Below are positions 11,306 through 21,849 of a stretch of 64,000 nucleotides of DNA, one piece after another; position 1 is the first letter of the stretch, and each line of letters starts with the position of its first letter. The position numbers and the translations under genes were made by a program. The stretch covers positions 124,001-188,000 of the forward strand of contig OZ025757.1 in assembly GCA_964019335.1 (NCBI GenBank), written 5' to 3'. The notes beneath the pieces were generated by a model. It had not been told where the DNA came from, ran no database searches, and was given only the letters and a program-made list of their open reading frames with translations. The DNA is from Diplonema japonicum (taxonomy: Eukaryota; Protista; Euglenozoa: Diplonemea).

Positions 11306-12373
11306 TCACAATGCAAGATAATTAACATGGACATCACCGTCCGTGTTGTGTAATTTGTCATAGTCGGCGACCCAATGAAACAGCGAGCTCCCGGAGGCGA
11401 AGGACGCTCCCCATGAGTTACACTCGATCAGGTGTGCTTCGAACGGGGTAGCAGTCAGATCAACCCAGACGTCAAGCATAACGCTTGGGAGGGGCAGCGA
11501 AGACGCGATGCAACCATGAAGCTCAACAACTGCGCGAACGATGTCGGAAAGAGTTTCGGGGGTGTGGTAGAATGGCTTGTACCACTGCTGTTGGGAGAGA
11601 GCCGTCACCTTCGATTTACACACGAAAACCCGAAACTCATTTTCAGGGACCAGACGCTCCTCCCACGGCTTAAGCACCACCGAAATATCATAAAGCCCAC
11701 TGTACCTTAAACACTTTTGATACGCTTTTAAAAACTCGTAGTTTTTCGTAAGTTGAAGCGTTACCTGTCTAGGACGACCGAGGCTGAAGAAATCCGGCTC
11801 ATACGTCGGGTCGTTTTTTCCAGATGTGCAGGAAAGCTTCATGAACATCTTCTCCATTCCCAGATTTTTTTGCGCGGCGTCGATCCTCTCTGTGAGCTGG
11901 GTGTAATACCGTTCTTCTTCATCCGTGAGATCGATTTTGCTGATGAGCTTCTTCTCGGAGATTGCGGTTAGGTTTTGGAGGTCGAATGTGTTCAATGAAA
12001 CGGTTTCCATGGTGATGGCGGTGTCGTTCCACCCTTCGTCGAACTGGTGGATGTACCCCGCGTAAAATTCCCACCAGAGTTTTTGTGCCGTGCTCGGGTC
12101 TTGTTTTGCATTTTCCCAGTCATCGATCTGGTTGGTGTGGGGGACCGTGACGTCGCCGACCACGACCTCGCACCTTTTCCTAAGCTCTTTCTTTGTTCGA
12201 TCCGTCACCATGGTTTCCCACCATTCTCTGTCAACCTCGACGAAGGCCGTCCCTTCCCCGCCCTCCTTCTCGCGTGCTATGTACGGTGCGTACTCGTAGT
12301 GGTTGTTACTGTTTATGCTGGTTGTCGCCACCCTGTTGTGGTAGATCGGACGGAGGTGGATGTTTGGGTACAT
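11306..12373 (-). CDS. CDC123/D123-like ATP-grasp protein
   Basis: 355 aa. Motifs FMKLSCTSGKND, VLKPWE, ENEFRVFV..VTALSQ, VMLDVWVD and LIECNSWG..SGSSLFHW match the D123/R2K ATP-grasp pattern. Confidence 0.8.
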   Translation of the reverse strand: MYPNIHLRPIYHNRVATTSINSNNHYEYAPYIAREKEGGEGTAFVEVDREWWETMVTDRTKKELRKRCEVVVGDVTVPHTNQIDDWENAKQDPSTAQKLWWEFYAGYIHQFDEGWNDTAITMETVSLNTFDLQNLTAISEKKLISKIDLTDEEERYYTQLTERIDAAQKNLGMEKMFMKLSCTSGKNDPTYEPDFFSLGRPRQVTLQLTKNYEFLKAYQKCLRYSGLYDISVVLKPWEERLVPENEFRVFVCKSKVTALSQQQWYKPFYHTPETLSDIVRAVVELHGCIASSLPLPSVMLDVWVDLTATPFEAHLIECNSWGASFASGSSLFHWVADYDKLHNTDGDVHVNYLAL

Positions 12374-12591
12374 TTTTTTTTTTTCTTTTTTTATATATAT
12401 ATATATATATATATAAATACTGAATGCTATGATGGTCGGTGATCCGGCAACAAGAAAAAAAAAAAAAAGAAATCACAAAAAAATCGGGCTTGTAGCCTCT
12501 TTTTCGAATTTCGGGGGGGAGATAGAAAACTGCGAGAGAAAGGGAGGGGGGAAAGGCATAAAGCCAAACATTTTTTTTTTTTTTTTTTTTA

Positions 12592-13385
12592 CCATTAAAG
12601 GACGAAGCGCTAGATATCTAGCGATCAAAAAATTAAGATTTTTGTATAGGCAATTTTAAGTACCATAGACCCTTACCCTTGCACAGAATGACCTAGTTCC
12701 GCGATTTCTTTTCGATCGAAAATCACTTTTGGCCCCTAGATTAACCTCCAAAAACACCCTCGAAACCAGTTTTTGGTGGCACGAAAGTGAATATGAGCAG
12801 TACTGATCAGACGAGTTCGGGAGTGCCCAAGGGGACATTCTCACTGGCGATGGGACCTCATCTAGTGCCAGTAGTGACGAGGAGAGTGAAGATATGCCCT
12901 GGGAGACCGAGATTACGCAGGTTACGCGTAAGAAGTGGCGGGGCGTAGCAGGCCCGAAATCACCCGTTTCGCACATGAGTGCATCAAGGGTTTTCAAACT
13001 GTTCATCCCTATGGTGTTTGTACAATCTCTTTGCACCGTTTGCCAGGACCACAGCCCCGACTTTGACTTCACTGTGGACGATATCTATGAGTTTCTGGCC
13101 TTGTGGATGCTCATGGACATCATCCGCAAAGCCGACATAAAAGATTACTGGTCGAGTGTTCCTTCCCTAGCCACACCCTTTTTGGCAAGCGTAATGTGAC
13201 CGCTTCTTGCGCTTTACAACGGTCGTTGCATTTTGGGGAGGGTGAGGAAACAGATAAATTGCGAAAAGTAAGATTCCTGCTCTCCTCCATCGTCCCTACC
13301 TGGCTGCAACACTATTCCCCCGGAAAATCAATCAGTGTTGATGAGAGTATGATCAAGTCACACGGTAGGGCATTGCCTTTAATGG
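12592..13385 (+). mobile_element. Internally truncated piggyBac-like element, family B, with transposase pseudogene
   Basis: 10-bp TIRs CCATTAAAGG (12592-12601) and CCTTTAATGG (13376-13385). TTAA on the right (13386-13389), TTTA on the left. Interrupted transposase IYEFLALWMLMD..KDYWS..TPFLASVM* / DKLRKVRFL..YSPGKSISVDESMI (DDE_Tnp_1_7-like). Confidence 0.85.
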
Positions 13386-13406
13386 TTAAAAAAATAAAAT
13401 AAAAAA

Positions 13407-14606
13407 TTACATCTGTTTCCGGATTTTTTCCTCGCTCACGTCCGCTATTTTCCCGTAGCCTGACCCGGCGATTGTTCTCCGCCTGTGGTCCTCCAGCCAG
13501 TTCGCCTTGAACCATTCCAAGGTGTCATTCCAGCCCACTTTGAACGGGATAACAGGTTTGTACCCGAGGTCCGTCTCAGCAGCAGTAATTCGAAACCATC
13601 TATGCATTGTTAGCATGCGTAAGGTGAACGGGGTGAGCTTCATCTGCTTCCCAGTGAGGTATGTGATGAACGCGCAAATGTAAGCAAGCACGGACATGAA
13701 GGGAACGGGGAGGTGGAACTTCTCGGTTATCGGTTGCATGCCCATTGCGACTGCTGCCTCGTTAACGGTGGGCCAGAACAAAGAGTAACCTTCGGGGTAA
13801 GGATGTGTGTCGCCATCTGTTACAATGTAGAATTTTCCGAGTGTTTTAGACCCGGGGTACAGCGATCTTTCGGATATAATCAACCCGTGACAATAATTAT
13901 CAACGTGCGAGAAGCAAATTCTGTTGTCGCCTTTTCCGAATACACGAAGCTGGCCAGTCCCAGCGGATTCCAAAATATTCGTCAGAAAAAGCGTGTCTCG
14001 CGGGCCGTAGACTTGGTGCGGGGCAACAGAAACACCGAGAATTTCATTGTTCTTCACGTATTTGTTGACTTCCAGTTCGCCTAAAGCTTTTGTTTCCGCG
14101 TATTTTTGAAGGTATTTTTCCATCGGAATTTTCGGGAGTTCGCTCTCTGTTAACCCGTCCACGTCTTCTCCGGTGAACCTGGTTGACGGCGATGACGAAT
14201 ACACCATTTTCGGGACTTTGAATTTTTTACAAGCTTCCAAAATGTTAACCGTTCCCTCGTGGTTAACGTCGGTGTATAGGTGATTTGGGTGGAAGGGTCC
14301 GACAGCTGCTGCGATGTGCCACACACATTCTGCATTTTTGACCGCTTCTTCTACGTCTGCTGGGCATCGCAAATCGCCTTTTGTGTACACGATTTTTGCG
14401 TTTTCCCACCTGCTTTTCGGTGGGTTCGCGATGTCGAAGGCCACAACCCGTTCCGCGCCTCGTTCCACCAGCATCTCCACCAGCCGCTGTCCTACAAATC
14501 CGCTGCTCCCTGTCACCACGCACCTTTTCGGAACGGGTGGGTAATCCTGTGACACTGCTGCCGCTCTCTGCGCTGCAGAGGCTGCTGGTGCCGTTTCATG
14601 TGTCAT
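13407..14606 (-). CDS. 3-beta-hydroxysteroid dehydrogenase / sterol-4-alpha-carboxylate 3-dehydrogenase (NSDHL/ERG26-like)
   Basis: ATG at 14606 (MTHETAP). Rossmann VTGSSGFVG, VYSSSPS, catalytic YAETK, PHQVYGPRD, FSHVDN and DLGYKP. Confidence 0.9.
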   Translation of the reverse strand: MTHETAPAASAAQRAAAVSQDYPPVPKRCVVTGSSGFVGQRLVEMLVERGAERVVAFDIANPPKSRWENAKIVYTKGDLRCPADVEEAVKNAECVWHIAAAVGPFHPNHLYTDVNHEGTVNILEACKKFKVPKMVYSSSPSTRFTGEDVDGLTESELPKIPMEKYLQKYAETKALGELEVNKYVKNNEILGVSVAPHQVYGPRDTLFLTNILESAGTGQLRVFGKGDNRICFSHVDNYCHGLIISERSLYPGSKTLGKFYIVTDGDTHPYPEGYSLFWPTVNEAAVAMGMQPITEKFHLPVPFMSVLAYICAFITYLTGKQMKLTPFTLRMLTMHRWFRITAAETDLGYKPVIPFKVGWNDTLEWFKANWLEDHRRRTIAGSGYGKIADVSEEKIRKQM

Positions 14607-15721
14607 TGTATGTTTTTTTTTTTTTTTTAAACCCCCACTCTTTACCGCAGTTTTCGAATCGAAGGGGAAAAAACAAAGAAGAAGAAACATGGTGGGGGGG
14701 AGAGGGGAAGGGGGGGAGGAACAAGAGAATGACACTCGGTTTTTTTTTTTTTTTTTTTTTTTTTTCTTTCCCGAATCCCTAAAGGAGCCCGGTACTCCCA
14801 TTTTTTTACTTGTTGGTCTTGAACATGCTCGGGGTGTACCAGAATTTTCAATTCCAGCTGTCAAAATCATCTAAAAAGAGAGTGTGTGTTAGCGCGTTTG
14901 TTTGCAAGCACAGGAGGTCGTGTTCAAAAAAAAGAAAAAAAAGTTTTTTTTAAAATAAAGACCAAATCATCAGCTAGGTCCTTTAGGGGTTAAAGAAGAA
15001 AAATGGGGGCAGGAAAGGGGATGGAAAGAAAAGTGAGTGAATCCTATTTTTTTTTCTTTTTTCTTCTTGTATGAAAGACAGAATGGGAAGGGAAAACAAA
15101 GAGAAGAAGAAAAAACACACACACCCACGCACATCAACAACGACAACAACACAGGGAGACAGGGGAAAGAGAAGGGGTAGTAAAATGTAAAAGAAAAAAA
15201 AAGTTTTCTGATTTGGCACACCATCGCCAAAATATTTCAAAGGGAGAGGGAAAAAAAAAAAAAAGAAAAATAACACACTAACTTCTTTCTTCAGTACTTT
15301 ATAGAGCAAGCCCTTCCCCCTCTCGAAGGCCCCCTCCCCCTTTTTTTTTGTGGCGTTATTCACTCTATAGGAGCGGAGCGACAAGACTTTTTTTTTTTTT
15401 TGTTTTTTTTTTTTTTTTTTTTTTTTTTTGTATTTTCTTTATTATGTTGCTTGTAAACAAAAACCAGTATTTTCATATGTATCTCGTTTCCCCCCCTCCT
15501 TTTTTTTCCCCGAAGAAAAAAAAAAAAAAGAAACATGAACAAACATGCAACCAAAGGCAGAAATCAAACTATTTCCTCTCAGAGAAAAAAAAGGGGGGGA
15601 GGGAAAAAAAAAACGGGGCGGGCAAGGGAAACAAAAAAAAGAGCCAATTAAGTTAGCTAAGATAATAACCACGTGTTTCAAGCTTTTTCTTCTTCTTTTT
15701 TTTCCTTCCCCCCCTTCCCCT

Positions 15722-18700
15722 CTATTCTTCCTGCTTAACAACCTCACCTGCCTCTTCGTCCTCTTCCTCCTCCTCATCTTCTTCAGGCTCTTCTTCATGC
15801 TCCTCTTCTTCATGTTCAGCTTCCTCCCTGGTCTGCATCGCAAATCCAAAACCGGAGGGTGCAGGGGGCTCTACAAGCTCCACCTTTTTTTTTTTTTTTT
15901 TTTTTTTTCACCCCTCAAAAAAAAAAAAAAAAAAATTACCTTGATGCCACTGTCGCTATCGCCAGTGTCCTCACCTGCTTCACCACTGTCTGTTTTGGTG
16001 AATGAAAACCCGCCGGTTTCTTGTTCGTCGTCTTTGGGGACCTCAGGGGCAGGGGTATCGCTAAGCATGTTGAAGAGACCGGCCTCATCGACCTGTTCTT
16101 CAACAGGGGCAGGTTGGGCTGCGGGTTCTTCCTTCGCCTCTTCTTTTTCAACTTCTTTCGGTGTTTCCTGCTGGACTTCCTCCTCTTCGTCATCAAGGAG
16201 ATCGGACGGATCTGTGAATCCGACTTTCTTCTCAATCTCAAGACGTTCTTCACGTAAACTGTCGATTTCTTCCTGCGCCTTGTCGCACTCTTCGAACATT
16301 TCATCCACCATGTACCCTTCCAGGTCCTTCTCAAGCTTATCAATCTCCGCTTTAATCTGAACAACACGTTTTGCCATTGCAATACGGTCTAACTTCTCTT
16401 CCTCTTCTTTGTTCTTCTCCGGTTCCGGTACCACTGTTGGAGCAGGCTCGGCTGCTGGTTCCGGTTGAGACTGTTCGAGTTGCTGTTGCTGCTGTTGTTG
16501 TTGTTGTTGTTGTGGTTTTGAACCGCCGATGAGCTTGTCCCAGGTTTTGGTGACGTTAGTTCTAAGCGTGTCAAGGGAGTCTGACGGGAGCGATGCTTCG
16601 ATAGATTTTAATTCGATCCTTGCAAGGTTGTACTCAGATTGTCGTAGCTCTTGTTGCGGTGGAGGCAGCCCGGTGGCCAACTGGTCCTCAAGTGAGGTCA
16701 AATCGAATAGAAGCAGTTCAGCACGGAGTTCTAAGGCTTCCTTTTCACACGCGGAGTGTGCAACATTGTGTTTTTTAATCGAAGCGGTCAGGGCAGCGCG
16801 TTCCCTCTCTAGCTCTTCGACGCGGTGCTTGGCGGTTACGAGCTCTGTTTCAACGGTTTGTTGCTCTGCTTCAACAGATTTGATATCGTTTTGTTTCGCT
16901 TGAGCTTCTTTGAAGTTTCGTCCGGCGGCGGCTGCTTTCTTCGCGATCTGCAGCTCCGGGAGCGAAGCTTCGAGGAATTCCAGCCGTTTCTTCATTTGGT
17001 CAACTGACGCGCACTTTCCGTCGTACGCAGCTTGTAGCGCGATGACCTTGTTCTCATAGGATTGAAGGGTAGTTTGCGAGGATTCTACTCGGTCCTGAGC
17101 GTCTTGCTGTTTTGATTTGTAGCGCTTTCTGGTCGTTCGGACTTTTGTCAGTCGCTTTTGCTGGGCTTGGGTTTGTTCGACGATTTCTCTTGCAGCGTCG
17201 TGTTCCCTGCTTAGCTCGTTCATGAACTCCTGTCGGAGCGTTTCTTCTTTTTTCTGGTTGTCGCGGGTTCTCTCGTTCGCCCGTTGCTTCTCCTCCAGCG
17301 TGCGCAGGGTCGACAGTACTGCATCGTAGCTTTTTTGATCGGCGTCGATTGATTTCAAAACGTGGCTTAGATTCTGATCGAAGTCCAGTTTCACAGACTC
17401 GATTTGTTTTTCTTGGTCGCCGAGCTGTTCCTTCTTCTGGATCTGAAGTTTTTTATTGCGGGAAACTTTTTTTTCAAGGTCTTCTAGCTCGTCTTGCAGT
17501 TGGTTTAATTCTTCAACCAATGCGGTTTTCGCGCTGCGAAGCTCCGAGGTCTGCTCGTCGATCTTCTCGTTGACCTTGGCCTCCCTCGCCCGGAGCTCTT
17601 TCAGATCCTCCTCGATATTTTTACGATTCCTCTCTGATTTTGAAATGTCGTTCCGAAGTGTGTCGTCTGCCGACTCGTACCTGTGCACGTTGTCGGCGAT
17701 AAATGCTTCGAGTGCCTTTGTTTCCTTGGCCTTCAGGTTGCTGATGTTATCGGCGAGGAGGGTGAGGAGATCGACGGTTTTCTTCGGGGTTCGTTCCCTT
17801 GCCTCCTCGAGGATTGCGTAGTCGCGCCTCATGCCTGCGATCTCACCTTCGATTAGATCGAGGTTCTTCTTTGTTTTTTCTATTGTGTTGTCTAGTTCTT
17901 CTGCGCGGAGGTAGTTCTCCTCTGCGATGGCTTGCGTCTGTCTTGTGTAGCAGTTTTCGAGTTCGTCCAGAAGTCTTTGTTTTGAGGTCGCACAGCGTAC
18001 CTCCCTGTCGGTGGCGGCTTTTTGTTTTATATGGATGTCAGAGAGTTCTTCTTGAAGAAGTTTCATGTTCCTGTCATGTTCCATCTTCAGGGTCTTCCAG
18101 CCTTGTTCCTCTTCCTCTTCGTGTTTGGTGGCTGGTTGTGGTGGGGGTGCGGCACGTTGTGTTTGCTGTTCTAGTACTTGTTGTTTGACTTGCAGTGCCT
18201 CCGGGATGGCGGGTTCCTGGTGCAGACGTGCCGCGAAAACGCCGAGACCCGTGTCTTCAACTTCTTCTTCTTCCTCGTCTTCTTCATCCTCTTCGTCTTC
18301 CTCATCATCATCGTCTTCATCGTCGTCTTCTTCATCTTGTGCGGCTTGCAGTCGTTGCTGCGCTAGCATTTGTTGCTGCGCGACCTCTGCCTGCAAGGCG
18401 GCGGGTACCACGGAGTTCTTTGCTGCGGTGGAGTTCTTCCTCGCTGCCACAACGGGGCTGGACGGTGAGTTAGGCGGCGGTGGTGGGTTTGCAGGCGACC
18501 TTTTTTTTTTTTTCTTTTTTTTTTTTCCCCTTTTTACATACATAGGGCTTTCAACAGGAACGGCGTCCTCCTGTTTTGTTGGGCGCCGTCGTCTGGAGGC
18601 TTGCCTGGAAACAGTTGCTGGCGGTGGTGACGCTGTCTCCTCTTGAGGATCAGAGAAGTGGTTCATGAAGTTCATGGGTGAGGTTGTGGTGGTTGTGGTT

Positions 18701-19047
18701 GTAGCGGCTTCCTGTGTGAGACATGAATGGGAGGGAGGGGGAGGGGGGGGAGGGAGAAGGACACATACATCAACGAAAGAAAATCCTTGCTGCGGGGCCG
18801 CGGGGGCTTCACCCCCCTCGGTCACGAAGTGAAAGCCGCCTGAGGACGCGGCAGCAGGAGCAGGTGTCGATGTAGTTGTGTCAAGCATCTGCATCCCGGC
18901 GAAAAGCCCAGCGTCACCGCTAACCGACATGCTCCCCTGGCTCTCTGTCTCCCCTACGCTAGACTCTGTTTCTTGCTTGGACGACGCCGCGGCCCCACCC
19001 GATCTTCCCCCTTTTCTCGCTTGGCCCCTCTTGAAGATATTCATCAT
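15722..19047 (-). CDS. Large coiled-coil protein with three UVR-like motifs; predicted introns 18712-18768, 18458-18541 and 15884-15939
   Basis: UVR-like AIAEENYLRAEELD, AAAAGRNFKEAQAKQ and YMVDEMFEECDKAQEEI. GT-AG introns remove polyP/polyK junk. The spliced last exon reads VELVEPPAPSGFGF..EEE* (stop 15722-15724). Confidence 0.8.
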
Positions 19048-19103
19048 AAACAGCAAGCCCGCAGTACCCCCTTCCCCTCCTTGTGTGCCCTGGGGTGTGT
19101 GTT

Positions 19104-19138
<35 letters not shown>

Positions 19139-19567
19139 CCTGCAAATTTTTCAAAAAGAAAAAGAATTTTTGGGGAGGGGAGGGAGGGTGTTTTTCGGCA
19201 TTTTTTTTTTTTTTTCCCCGGTGATCCTCTCTCAGTCCGTTCAGCTTGGCAACAAAGGGCCTTTCAATCAAAGGAAGCAATGTGGCCTATAAATGGATGG
19301 TAGTAATACCCAAGGCCTGCCCCCTTCGAAATCAGTGGCCCCAGAGCCGCACGGAGCCTCGTGCCGTCTCCAAAGAAACAAAAACAAAATTGGGAAAATC
19401 AATTATCTTTTTTTTTTTTTTTTTTTTTTTTTTTCCTTTCCAGAGGAAAATTAAAAAAAAGAAAAAAGAAAAAAAAAAATGAATTGAAATAATGTTAAGG
19501 AGAGGATAAGGTGCTGGACCATAGATAAAAAGGTTTAGCGTTACAGAATAAAACAATAAAAACTCGA

Positions 19568-19834
19568 TGGTTTAAAGGAAGCCGGTGGGGGCACCCTGCA
19601 CAAGCACCATTTACTTGATTACAGGGGGCGCACCTCGGCCTAGCTGTAGCTTCTTCTGCGTTCCGCGTCGTGTCCTTAATGCGTGCGGTGTGCAGCTCAA
19701 CCCCAGCCGGGGCGCCCCGGGTAACCCCCAGAGCATCTGCTTCTTCCACTTGGGCGCTACCGGTGATGACCGACGAGGAGGTCAACAGCGAACAACACAT
19801 CTGATGTACTTCTTTATATTTCCATGTTATCCCC
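19568..19834. repeat. R2 GC-rich dispersed repeat (SINE/retroposon-relic-like)
   Basis: Core GCGTTCCGCGTCGTGTCCTTAATGCGTGCGGTG..GGGCGCTACCGGTGATGACCGACGAGGAGGTCAAC shared with 63579-63891. Partial copies at 55069-55165 and 58899-58947. Confidence 0.8.
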
Positions 19835-19908
19835 ACCACCAAAAAAAAAAAAAAAATAATAATAATAAATAAAAATAAAAATATATGATTCTTTTTTTTT
19901 TTATTTCT

Positions 19909-20478
19909 TTTTATTTCACTCGTCATTTTTCTTCACTCACTAGGGGACTCATTATTTAACGCGGAACGGCCACTATTTAACTAGTTAAATAATTCAAGAT
20001 TTTGCAGTTAAATAATTGGGCTTCAGAGTGAAAAAAATGGGTCTTGTCGTGGAAAAAAATGCACTCGACCCCTTGAAAAAAATCTTTTTTGGGGGTGGGG
20101 TATTTTGACTATTTTTGGCCATCTGAGACCCTTCCGCCCCTTAAAAGTGGGAATTAGTGCTTTACTTCCCCTTAAAATGCCACGGTGAAATAGCTACCCT
20201 GTATTTCCTTACGAAAATCCCCCAAAAGGCTGACCTGCCGTCAGCCTGAAGTAGGAAGGCATGTCGTCCCCCGCGCCTCGGATTCGGAAGTCCGTCCACC
20301 ATCGTAGAGAACCCTCCAGCCTCGGGAACCTGAGCAACAAGCCATCCGTGTCGATGTTGTCTGCGCAAGCCATTTTTGTTTGTGCAAGCCGTTTTCACCT
20401 ACAGTAGGGGTAAACGGGCAAGCTGCCTCTACTCTTTTTTGCAATAACAATTCTTTTCAAAAATTTGTTTACTTGTTC

Positions 20479-20510
<32 letters not shown>

Positions 20511-20700
20511 CAGCAGTGAAAGCAGTGAGGGGTGAGTGACTCAAATGACGAAGAGTGAAATAAAACGACTTACTTGCCGCCAAATGAGCCATTATTTAAC
20601 ACTCGTTACCGTTTTTTTGTACTCGGCGGGTCCTCGTGCAAAAGATTCGGGAACTCGAGTTAAATAATGACTCATTATTTGTTGGCAATAAATAGCTATT
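19909..20700. mobile_element. R3 non-autonomous element with subterminal inverted repeats and terminal stem-loop
   Basis: TTTTATTTCACTC..GTCATTT at the start and AAATGACGAAGAGTGAAATAAAA at 20543-20565. Hairpin ATGAGCCATTATTTAAC..GTTAAATAATGACTCAT. Ends TTGGCAATAAATAGCTATT. Confidence 0.65.
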
Positions 20701-20715
20701 TTTTTTTTTTTTTTT

Positions 20716-20849
20716 GTTACAAATATTTATTTTTCAAAAAATGATTTTATAACTATATGCAACTTGTGCCGAGCAAAAAACTTTCGCAGCTTTTTTAAAA
20801 ATCTTTTTTGCTCGTGCGAACAACAAAGACATATAGTCATAAAGAATTA
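20716..20849. repeat. R1 palindromic repeat copy (inverted orientation)
   Basis: Reverse complement of 6040-6172. Confidence 0.85.
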
Positions 20850-21067
20850 TTTTTTTTTTTTTTTTTTTGCAGTGCGCTGCCACGGGTGGCATCTGCGCTA
20901 ATTAACTGGGAAACATCGACTGCAGCCTCTCCAACTGAAGGAGCTGTTTGGGTAGACGAGAACAAAGGTCTCTTGTCACATCCATGCATGGTGCACCCAG
21001 GCTCCTCGCGCAAACTTGCGCCGAGGGGAAAAGAAGAGATTTTTGCAATGTTGAATACATAAACTAA

Positions 21068-21117
<50 letters not shown>

Positions 21118-21657
21118 TCAGAGCCGTTGAAAGAAAAAAAAGAAGAAGAAAAAAGTACCAAAGTACTTAGTTTACCCCCCTGCTTTCAACCAAGTACAAA
21201 AAGTGACCAATCTTGCACCCCTAATGTCCTCAATGCTTAAATTTTCACAAAATCTTGTGAAGCTAGCATTCTTGCTCCCCTATAATTCTGTTCATCTTGG
21301 GAAATCTGAAAGCTTCCTATTTTTTTTTTTTTTTTTTTTTTTATTTGAAGCGCTGGGCCAAATTTGTACTTGTTGCAAAAGTATGGGTTATTTTTGTACT
21401 TTGTCCAGAATAAAGAGAGAGGAAATAAATAAAAAAGAAGAAAGAAAAACGATAAAATCAGTGTGCGGGAGGGTGCTCACTGCTCATAAGGGATTCACAC
21501 TAATATCATATTAGAAGAAAACAAAGGGGAAAAAAAGAGACATTTAAAGACATTTAAATTTAGAACAAGAATAATAGGAGCGGTTTGCGTTTCAAAACAG
21601 AATTAAGAAACTCTCTTCAAAAACTGTTGCAAAAAATGGGTTAATTTTCCAACAACC

Positions 21658-21688
<31 letters not shown>

Positions 21689-21849
21689 GAAAAAAATGAA
21701 GAAAGTGATAGAGGAGAGCAAAAAAAAAAAAAAAGAAAAGAAATTTTCACGAAGCACGTCTCGCCTTCCCCGCAAGCCTCTTGCATGGGGGCGAGTTGCA
21801 CCTTACTACATAACTTGATTTTTCTCTTGAAATAATGTCAATTACGGCA

